A program made the translations under genes and the position numbers. DNA of 64,000 nucleotides from positions 1,016,741 to 1,080,740 of the forward strand of contig MU058226.1 in the NCBI GenBank assembly GCA_013265495.1, written 5' to 3'. Of the stretch, positions 53,690 to 64,000 are shown one piece after another; within the stretch, counting starts at the first letter, position 1, and the number at the start of each line of letters is the position of its first letter. The stretch comes from Vicugna vicugna. Its lineage: Eukaryota. The notes beneath the pieces are model-generated. The model worked only from the letters and a program-made list of their open reading frames with translations. It was not told the DNA's origin and searched no databases.

Positions 53690-54362
53690 GGCACTCATCC
53701 CACTCATTAGGGCCCCACTCTCATGACTTAAGTACTTCCCAAAGGCCCCATCTCCAAATACCATCACATTGGGCATTAGGATTTCAACATATGAATTTTG
53801 AGGGAACACAACATTCAGACCAGGGCAGAAACACTCATTCCTTGTTGGCAGGAGTGCAAAAGAGCACAGCCACTACAGAAGATAATGTCTCCGCCTTTTG
53901 AGTGTCAAACAGAATGTGGACATTTGAAAACCATCACAGTTGACTTTCTAAACACTAATTATCCACATTCCTCCCACATACAAAATAAACTCCCTCCCAT
54001 CCCAGTCTCATTCCATTACAGAATCAGGGTAAAATCCAGAATCTCATCTAAATCAGGGCCAGGTCTGGCTGAGGCTCCTGGCGTGCATTTATGTAAGTGA
54101 AGCTCTTCAAGTACAGTTTCTCCTGGACTGAAGGCCTGTGAAGTACAGAGATGAGTTATCTGTCTCCACAGGCAGGACAGGCACAGGATAATTTTCATAC
54201 ACAATTAAAAAGGGAGAAATGGGAGGCACAAAGAGTCACTGCTTTATAGCAATGTTCAAATATAGCCAGGCAAATTGAAATTTGTCATCTTTTTCCATCT
54301 CTCAACCCCAACTTCCACCCCAGACCCTGTACCCTCTTCGACATTTCAACTATCTTGGTAAG

Positions 54363-55450
54363 AGGCGCCTCTGCTAGAACAGGGGAGTCCATCAGGGAGG
54401 AGATACTAGTCAGTGCGAGGAGTCCGTGGGGGGCAGGGGTGGGCAAGTCTCCCCACCTCCTCACATTATGCTAATAGGGCAAGACAATTTCAGATGCTCT
54501 TTGCATAAGAGGAGTCAGGGACTCTGAAGTCACAATGTTGGATGGGGGTAGGTTGTAAACAAATCTAGCATCACCGTACATCCTCTGGTAGGTCTGAGAC
54601 CCTGACGCCCCCCCGCCCCCCACAGTGAATAAACCGAAACTGAAAATGAAACCGGGTCAAAGTCCCGCCGGCTCTTCCTGTGTCGAGAGTCGGGCGGGTT
54701 CCGCAATGTCGGGGTGACCTTCGAACCCGGAGACTCGAGGTACCCCAGCCCGTCCCTGGGGAGGGGGTCGTGAGCTGGACCCGGGCCCGCGCCGCTCACC
54801 GGCCTCGCTCTGGTTGTAGTAGCCGCGCAGGGTGTTCAGGCCCACTCGGTACCAGTGTGCGTTGCCCTTCGCATTCCGTGTCTCCCGTTCCCAATACTCC
54901 GGCCCCTCCTGCCCCACCCACCGCGCCCGTGGCTCCATCCTCGGATTCGGGGCGTCACTATCGAAGCGCACGAACTGCGTGTCATCCACGTAGCCGACTT
55001 CCACGTACCAGGTCTCCCCGAGGCCAGGCCGGGATACCCCCGTTTCCGAAATACCTCTTGGAGTGGGAATCTGGGGGCGGGGAGGGGGTGAGACCCGGCC
55101 CGACCCTCCTCCGGGCGCGGGTCCCAGGATCTGATGTTGAAGGGGCGGAAGCGGGGCGGGGATGAGGGGGCTAGCGAGACGGAAAAGTGGTGGCAGTTCG
55201 AAAAAGAGCCAGGACCTCGGGGTGGGAGAGAGGAGAGGGCGGGCTAGAGGTGGGGTGACGGGTCTGGGCAGGGGGCGGCGACGTCGCACTTTCCCCGGGG
55301 GTCCTGCCCTCGCTACCCCGGGGCGGGCCCCTCGCTCCTCCCCCGCAGAGGCCGTTCCCTCCCGACCCCGCACTCACCCGCCCAGGTCTGGGTCAGGGCC
55401 AGGGCCCCCGAGAGCAGCAGGAGGAGGGCTCGGGACTCCCAGATCCCCAT
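54363..55450 (-). pseudogene. Classical-type MHC class I pseudogene: exon 1, frameshifted exon 2, 29 nt of exon 3 fused to the 3'UTR
   Basis: Exon 1 55450-55378 (73 nt, [24 protein letters not shown]); exon 2 55070-54800 (271 nt, +1 frameshift near 55035-55050; [27 protein letters not shown]...GYYNQSEA); exon 3 start 54601-54573 (GSQTYQRMYG); then class I 3'UTR. Confidence 0.93.
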
Positions 55451-55489
55451 CAGAGTCTGCGAGAAGCAGAGTGAGGACCGGTCCATGCG

Positions 55490-55690
55490 GACTTTATAAC
55501 CGGGAACCGACTGGCTTTTGTAGAAACCCGACACCAAAGAGAGTGAGAACTGGGACCGCGTCACGAGTGTCCAGGCCGGAAGGCCCGGGGAGAAGGGAAC
55601 CCCCAGCACCGAGCGTTCTCGCCCCAGACCCCGCCCTCGGTGAGACCCCCGAGAGCCACTCCCTCCCGGGAACCTGGGACTTTGCCCTGA
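55490..55690 (-). promoter_or_regulatory. Decayed classical class I promoter
   Basis: TATAAA 55498-55493; CCAGT in the CCAAT position 55514-55510; TTTGG in the Y-box position 55538-55534; intact X2 TGACGC 55563-55558; kB-like GGGGGTTCCC 55604-55595. Confidence 0.8.
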
Positions 55691-55758
55691 TCGCTCCCCT
55701 CCTGCACCGAGAGCTCTTCGTCACCAAGTCTCACTGAGTCCTGGCCCAGGGGCTAATT

Positions 55759-57765
55759 CAGCGATTTTCAAAGTTTTTGGTCAGAATATCTATATAGTCA
55801 TCCAAATTAGGAACACCTCAAGGATATTTTCTATCGATATTTTCCATACTAGGAATAATACTGTTAAATTAAAAACATTGTAATAACCTCTAATGGAAAA
55901 AAAACATGAAAACGAGTATATGTATGTATATACAAAACTGGGACATAGTGCTGTACACAAGAGACTGACACATTGTAATTGACAGTACTTCTATGAAGGA
56001 AAAGCCCAGCTGGGCTAACAAGCTAACTCACAAATCTAAGTGTAACAAGTGTCGGATTACTGATCTGAGTTCTGCTGGGTTAACTTGTAAATCTGAGTTA
56101 ATTATTGTTGGTTTGCTGATTCCCTGTTCATGTTTTTTCACTAGCCAGCTGGATTTTCAAAGAGACATATCTGGCGTTGAAATGTTGGTTTCCTGCCTCC
56201 CTGCCTCTACTTTTGTGATAATGATGTTGCTAAAGCTGTTCCATGCCTATTGGCCAAATACCCCAAGCTTGTAATTAACCCTATAAAACCTCATGCACAC
56301 GTCTTGGAGGTGCTCAGAGCTTCGGAGCAGAAGCCCCTCTGAGCCCGCCGGCTTAATACATCTGAGTACTCCAACCCTCCGAGTGGTGCTTGTTTCTTGA
56401 CTGGCCTGTCATTTCCGTAACACTTCAATTAAAAATTAATTTAGGTAAATATTAATATCCCATTGCCTTTACTACAAAATATAACTATTTCCCAGAATAA
56501 CCGTGGTAGTGAGATGGTGGAGCTTTTTACAGTTTTACATTTTTGCAGGTCTCTTTCTTGTATGTCTCATTAGAAGACCACTGGATTTTCAAGTTTGCTT
56601 CTGCGTTTAATCCCTTATTTTGATTGAAGACTACAAAGAGGCTCACACATATGTAGGAGTATTATTTTTAATAACCTTTTCACATAATTGTGGAATGTTC
56701 CTCTTTGATACAAAACTAAAACTACACAAGTTGTAGTTTCTCAAAGGTTATTTGCAAAGTGGACCTGAAACAATATAATTGAATATTTCCTATTCTGTTA
56801 CATTAAAATCCATAGGCCTATCTTGCACACTGATTGTCTCTTGTACTGATGAACGATGTTTTTTAGCAGATACATTGTTTGACTGAGTTATACAATCTTC
56901 CAGTGTCTATGTATTTAATCAAAGTTATCAAAAAATCATCATATATGATCATATTACCACAGATGCCAACAGAGGAGTTAACCTAACGGGAAGCTGACAG
57001 CTTATGCGATGAATCACTAGTTTTCCAAAGTTCTGGGTGGCAGTCTCAACTCTCAGTTTATTTTCCTGAAGGAAGAAAATCTTCCTCACTTCATTTTTGA
57101 GAAAGTGGATGGCAGTTAACCAAGTCTAAATAATTATAGTTTCTCTGTCATTTATTCTTTTTCTTTTTACTGTTATTTTTATTTATTTATTTTCATGTTT
57201 CATTTCTAAATTTTTTTGGGGGGAGTAGGTGATTAGGTTTTATTTATTTATGGGACTTGAACCCAGGACTTCCTGCATGCTAAGCAAGCACTCTACCACT
57301 GAGCTATACCCGCCCCCCCAACTCATCCTTTCAAGTAAAAATAGTATTTCAGGAAAAAGGAGGCTAGCTCAGCTCACATACAGTATTTTCCCTGGGACAT
57401 AGGACTTCAGAATGTGGCAGAAGTGTTGTTTTATGTGTGCTTCCCATGTCATCATATAAGGTATTTTTAAAATGTGATTTTAATGATGATGATTTAGGAC
57501 AGATAGTTTTTAATGCTCCAAGAAGGACATTTAAAAACAAACCTTTTTTTTTCTACAAGTGAGTTGTGATGGAAGATAATTCCTATTGCAGTTTGCTGCC
57601 AGAAGTCTCCATTATTACTAAACTTTACCTCAATGCAAATGTCAACATAGAGTAAAGGCAAATAATGTGTCAGAGACTCTATGAAAATAGTTTTGAACTG
57701 ATGGATCCTGTGAAAGGGTCTCAGTGACTTCAAGGGTTCCACAGACCACACTTTGAGAACTGCTG
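55759..57765. mobile_element. Charlie1-like hAT DNA transposon fossil, with an inserted L1 tail, LTR and SINE
   Basis: Termini CAGCGATTTTCAAAGTTTTTGGTC ... GACCACACTTTGAGAACTGCTG; internal sequence resembles Charlie1 (recalled). Confidence 0.6.
55992..56422 (+). mobile_element. Solo LTR with 4-bp TSD inside a short L1 tail
   Basis: TSD CTTC at 55988-55991 and 56423-56426; ends ...CCGTAACA; TATAAAA 56282-56288; L1 tail (GACAGTACTTC/AATTAAAAA) split around it. Confidence 0.8.
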
Positions 57766-59569
57766 TTCTGCATAAACCAAGGAAAGTCTCCCAGCTGGTC
57801 CCCACTTTCGCCTCTTGTTTGTGTCCCAGAATCCCTCTCTCTGAGCTGGAAACTCCCTGCCTCCCCAAACCTAGCTGAAAGCTCTGCCCCTGGGCTCCCT
57901 TAGGAGAAAACCCACTTCCTGGAAAAGAATAACAGAGAGAGTCCTCAGTCTGGGAAGGGCGGTGGAAGGACAGGTAACACCACTCTGGAACTGGAAACAG
58001 TCTGGGCCCGAAGGCACCAGACTCACTCATAACCTATTTTGGGTTTGTTATACACCAGCTTAATATGTATTCATATCCCAGACAGAAGTCTGCAATAGTT
58101 TCTCAGAGAAATAACATTGGCCCTTTCATCTCACGTGGGTCTAATGCATCTGAGGTGAGGCCCACAAAGCATGGAGAGCAGTCCTGTCCAACAGAACGTT
58201 CTGTGATGGAGAAACTGATCTATGTCTGTGCTCTCCACTGTGGTAGCCACTAGCTACATGTGGCACCTCAGAAATCACTATTGTGCTGAGCACCTTTAAT
58301 TTAATTTATTTTATTTAAATAACCATATGCTGATAGTATCTTGCATATGAGATAGTGCATATCCAGAATGTTCTTAAAATTGTCTGTTCCCCAAAAAGAT
58401 ACTTTGTGACTCATTGGTTGATAAATATTAAAAGAGTCAGTGGAAGGCATGGGTTTGTATATGTGGGTCTTAGATGTATCCTTAAAACACAACATGCCTA
58501 AGAAAGTTTAATTAATATATATTTTAACAATTACAGTGTATAGACATTAACCAAACCATGGTTTATCACTATCAGGTCATAAGTGTTCAAAAATGCCCAT
58601 CATTGGAACTAATCCTTATCTACGTTACATTGGGACTCTGGGTATTTTCATTAATCTGATAAACATGGGCAGGCATGTAAGTCTTTCAATTAGCCCAGGA
58701 GAAAGTATTTATTGGCCACAATATATGTCAAATGCCTTGCAGGTCCTGTACATACTTGTAAATTATAAAGCAGAAGATGTACACCTTAGAATTCAACCAC
58801 CTTAGAAATCTTGACCTACTGTTCCTCCTATGTTTTACTCCCCAAATCAGTGAATTCTGTTTCCCTTCACCCTTGGACCCCTCTCTCCTCACCATCCCCT
58901 CCTAGATGAAAAGATACGTGAATTTTTACAATTGTGGAACAAATAATTCACTAAGCGTAATCCTAAAGATGAAAAACCATAAAGAAATACACAAATCCTC
59001 TCTGTGTCAACCACACACTTACAAAGATTTAAAACACACGCTCATATTAAACTCAAAGACATAAAAAATTTGACAGACAAAAGATATGATGTGCCTCCAT
59101 GTTCTTCAGCCAAAGATCACCTGGAGCACATCTGTGGGCAAGCAGGTTGGATTTATTACTGGGAGCAGCGAGGGAGATCACACTGCCTCAGGCCCACGGT
59201 GTCTGAGCGTGAGTATTAGACAGAACGTACATACGGCTTTGGTTGGGTGATTCTGAGGAGGGATTTGGAAGCAGGGGCTCATTCTAGATTGAATGTTGTT
59301 AGGAAGTGAGGGAAAATTCTGTGACTGGGCACCTGAGTAAACCGGGAGGGAGGGCAACTAGAGCAAGGATACAGCTGTAACTAGACAGAAGCAGTGGTCG
59401 CTGTATGAGCACAGGGAGAGGTCCAGTACATTGTGAAGGTCACAGTGCCGCCTTGTTTGGTCTATATGGAATGATGTCATGGTCTTGTCTTGTCTCCCTG
59501 TGTCATGGTCTCAGGTGTCCTTGTGTAATGTCAATGTTCCAAATTGTTTTCTAATATTCTTTAGTTATT

Positions 59570-62500
59570 TTTCATTTGGGATATAGTTACTTTAAAATAT
59601 TGAATTCAGAAGGACAAAGCAGACTCCAAGCACAGGAATTGGTCTCACACTTACACGGGCCTCAGTGTTGTGAGAAGCGGAGCTGGGGCTCCTCAGTCGG
59701 TCATGTTAATGTCTCAACAATTTCAATATGCTTACATTTTGACACAGAAACTTCTCTTTTAGAAATTTATCCTAAGGAGATGATTAGACATGTTCTCAAA
59801 AATACACATTCAAGGATGTATCTTGAATTGTGGTTTATAGAAGTAAAGAGTGGAAATAATCTAAATGCTACAATCACTGTAATGATGGTCACTATGAACA
59901 GAGGAGAACTAACTATGTCTCAGGCAGTCATTCCATGTGATTTACATACAGGGTCAATTTATGCCTCAAAGCAAACCCATGAGGGGCCCAATGTGTGATC
60001 CTTTTGTGCAGACAGGGAAAGGGAGCCTCAGAGAGGATAAGGAGCATCTATTTCGAGGCCACCTTGCATCAGGATCTGGAGACACTGGAGGAGAGCAACA
60101 GTTAGGCGCCTGCTGATGGGAAATGGGCTCTGCTGTGCGGGAGAGGGACAGAAATGACCGAGACAGATGCACATCAGGACTGCGCTAAGTGCCGTGAGGA
60201 AGAGCTGATGATGCCATGAGAGCAGATAACAGGAGTCCTGACAGGTCCCCTGCTGCTGATATCAATAATGTCTGAAAGATGGAAAAGATAAATGGAATGT
60301 GAAATAAAACCAGAATTCTATATAATTATATACAATCATAGAATGAAAAAGAGCTCTTGGGAATTAAAAATGTCATAGAATGAATACTTGAATAGATGAA
60401 GTGGAAAATTAGAGTCATACTGTCAGTAAGTAGTTGGAAAAATAATGACAAGGAGGAGACAAGACCTATTAGAATACTAGTCTGTCAATCAAGGGATTCT
60501 AACAAGTTAATAAAAGGAGTTTCAAAAATAATGGAGAGTAGGAATCATAAGAAAACTCAGATTAAGACCAGCATTTACATCCTGAATGTCCCAACCAAAC
60601 TCTTAGTGCAGACCCAGCCCAAGACAATCACAATGACATTTCAGACAGAGGGTGGTAAAGAAGAGACCTTGAAAACTTCTTGGGGCTAGAAGATAGTGAA
60701 GCAATGCCTTCTGAATTCTGGGAGAAACAAGTATTTCCAACAGAGTTCAATATGAAGTCAACATGTAAGGCCTAGGGGAGCCTAAGAGATTTCAGAGTTT
60801 CAGTGTTGTAATTTCCGTGCTCCTTTCCCTGGGACACTATTAGGCAAAGTTGGTGGGGGAGGCAGGGATGATGGAGAAAACAAGAAACAGGAAATACATG
60901 GGATCCAAACCTCAGGGGAGCCAAACAAGAGAGGGAGAGGGCTGCCCAGTAGGAGGTGAAGGAGATCGGGATGTCAGCCCTACCCCAGGTGTGCAGGGAC
61001 CCCGCCCACAGTCCGCAGTAGGCAGGACTGAGGACTGTCGTAAGGATGGGTCTGTGTAAAGAGATGAAGTTAGTGGAATATCAGATGTGCTCAAAAATAT
61101 TTGGGAAGACTTAGGGTCTGTGGAGAGTTTTGTAATGATTTAAAATGAATACAACATAACTAAGGTATTATTTATTCCAGGGAAAATAAAAAATCATTCA
61201 AGGAAAGGAAAGTCTACTAAATGCTCAGTTGTGACTAACATTTCCATCATCATAACAATGCAAACACTGCACCGTGAGCTAATCAAAATGGTAAGATTTA
61301 TAAATTTATGAATTATAATTATAGAGGGAGGATGGTGGTGTGGGAAAGAACCAATTAACTAAAGATGGTATATAAAACTGAAAAACAAGGAAGGAGTATT
61401 ATAAACATGCTATTTAGAGGCATAGAAGAAATAATTAGAGAATCAGCTAAAAGTGTTTTAAAAAAATTTGGGGGGGAATTAGCTTTATTTATTTATCTAT
61501 TTTTTTGATGAAGGTACTGAAGATTGAACCCAGGGTCTCGTGCATGCTAAACACATACTCTACCACTGAGCTATACCCTCTCCACTCAGTTAAAATTTGA
61601 AAAATAGCTTGTCTATGAGATTTAAGAGACGGGGGGACATGGAACAGTGAGCCATCTGCTTGGATATCAAGTCTTGTAGAAGTATTTTACTTTTTAAAAC
61701 TATGTGCATATATCCATCATCTAAAAATAAGAGGACAACCTAGTAAATGTGAGATGGACTCGGGAACTGTTCTGTAAGAAGAGTCATAGACATGGGGCAA
61801 GTGTTGGGAGGAAACTGGACATAGAGTGGCAGATGTTTATGGGAGAGTTTTGTTTTCATTGATTTAGATTTGTTTGATTAATTTTAATGGGAGCAATGGC
61901 AGCTGTAGGCAGGAACAAAGGAGGCAGCAGGAGTGAGAAACTGCTGATACAGGGGACAGAGGAGCCTCATCCTGTGCCCTCTCTGAGAGGCAGCCTTAGA
62001 CAGGAGGGACCATCCATCATCACTGGGGGGAAGGTGAGGATACAGGTGCAGATGCAGGAGTGTGGGAGGATGATGATGTCATTCTCACCTGAGTCCTCTT
62101 ATTTTCTGAGTGAAAACAGAGCTCACCTTTAAGAATAAGGAGTGAGGAGGAAGTGGAGGGGATTGAGGAGGGAGGAGGAAGTGAGAGACAACCCTCTTAG
62201 GAGGTGGGAGAGTGAGCTGACTCAGGACATGGCATCTGAGAGTGCAGGGTGGGGGCCACTGAGGTCTGTGCTCATCAGCCTAGAGAAAGTTCCAGCACTT
62301 GGGCAGCAGCAGAAGGATGTGTAACAAAGTGAAAGAAAATGCAGTTATTGTTGGTGTGAGAATTATAGTTCATTTTTCTTTGTCATTTTAACATTTATAC
62401 TTTGTTTTACAGTGAATATACATTATATTATATACTATACTTTACACATATACATTATAATAAGGATTTTAAAACTTTGTTAAATTTTTAAAAAGAAAGG

Positions 62501-63600
62501 CAGATGGATAGAAAAAGACAAGAGCAAGAACAGGGGAATGCAGAGCTGGAGCCACGCAGGATCTTTCCCTTCTTTTGGGGGTGTGGTCATTTATTAGTAT
62601 CTTATAAACTCTTTGATACTTCTAACAATAATTTTTTTTGTATTTTATGTGGCATTTTTAGCTATATCCTTGGACAAATTTTTCCATACAATCCAGCCCA
62701 TCTTTTCCAGCAATCTAATCTCTAGGCAGAAGAGCTCAGTCAAAAGGTGATGGGTCTGGAGTAGAGGATCAGAATGTGCGTCCTGACACATGAGCTGAAG
62801 AAGAATGTCAAGTGTTTCACAAGTGTAAGGGATTTTAATGTCATGTGCTTTTTGAAAACATTATTTATGTGCACAAAAGAGAATTCAAAAGATACTCAAG
62901 AGTATACAAAAATAAGTAAGTCATATTGTTTCCCTCATCCCCTGGTCACCCAAGTCCTCTACTCAGAAGCCACTGCAGTTAGTAATTTCTCACTTATCTT
63001 CCCAGAAAAATATATTTATGCATTGCTGTATACTGTTATCTGAGTAAAAGCTCCAGCCATGGACAGAGAGAAATTATTTGCAAATTCACATATCTGATTC
63101 AAGACCTGTTTTAGAACATACATAGAACCCTTAAACTCAGCAATATGAAAGCAAACAACAATTTAAAAGTGGAGAAAAGTCTGATAAAGATTTCATTATA
63201 GAAGATTTATTAGTGGAAATGGGTATGAAATGGTGGTCAACATCATGTTATCAGGATATGTAAATAAAAACAACAGTGATGCACCATCACACCTATGAGA
63301 ACAGCTAGAATCCAGGAATAGGAGATGCCAAGTGCTGAGCAGGACGTGGAGCCGCAGAAGCCCCCCCACCCCACCCCACCGCCTCTGCACTGCTGCAGGA
63401 ATGCGAAGCAGTGCAGCCACTGCAGGGACGGTCAGTAGTTTCTTATAAACACTGACACAGACTCACCGTCCAACCTGCTGATCACTCCAGTACTGTGTCA
63501 TCTCATTTGAAAACTTATATTTGCACAAAACCCTGCACAGCAGTGTTTATAGCAGAGCACCCCTCAAGTGTGGGCTTCGCTTAGTGGCTTTCTTCTAAAG
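59570..63600 (+). repeat. Ancient duplicated block, direct paralog of ~49450-52700
   Basis: Colinear diverged matches: 49550-49765 vs 59710-59920, 51925-52080 vs 62758-62900, 52250-52360 vs 63035-63160. Confidence 0.7.
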
Positions 63601-64000
63601 ACTACAGTATGAAAAGCGGGGAAGGAAAAGTAAAAATCCAGGAGAAACCTGGGAAACCTACCGTAGCTAGGTGACGAGGTGAACTTGTTAGTGATAATCA
63701 AGTGGAGAGCACACAGCCTCGATGTGTGGAGAACGTCACTTCATCTCTGTGGTCTTTTTCCCCCAAACCCTTTGCCCCAGTCAATCAAGTCAAATGAGTC
63801 TACAACATCCCTGAGCAGTACACCCCATGTCATCAAAACCGGGGGATGTCTGCCACAGCCCGAGAAGTCTGAAGGAGACAGGATTGGGACTCAGTGCAGT
63901 GTGGTTTTGATAGGATCCTGGATCAGAAAAAAGGAAAATTAATGAAATCTAGATAAATTTTAGAATTCAATAATATTGTATCAATATTGCTTTATTAGCT

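Noticed and set aside
54657..55373. 238-aa ORF containing class I alpha1 sequence
   Set aside because: Runs through introns 1 and 2; the properly spliced product is frameshifted and downstream exons are deleted.

Overview
Mammalian genomic DNA from the MHC class I region next to TRIM39. The repeat content (tRNA-derived SINE family, L1 3' ends) fits a camelid; this is inference. From left to right: the first coding exon of TRIM39 (minus) and its CpG-island promoter; a decayed RING/B-box TRIM exon; a multi-exon MHC class I-like gene (plus, 25775-~35940); L1, LTR and ERVL debris; and a frameshifted, internally deleted classical-type class I pseudogene (minus, ~54360-55450) amid ancient duplicated flanking blocks. 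The most striking object is the class I-like gene, which is open from leader through TM and looks mosaic. Its alpha1/alpha2 domains are strongly divergent, carry MR1/ZAG-like indel patterns and sit in long introns, yet keep the peptide-terminus anchor residues. They are joined to an almost classical alpha3/TM/3'UTR block. It also has an optional 11-aa alpha1 extension, a remodelled cytoplasmic tail and a perfect U6 retrocopy in its last intron. Repeat family names and protein comparisons come from recalled consensus sequences, not searches.
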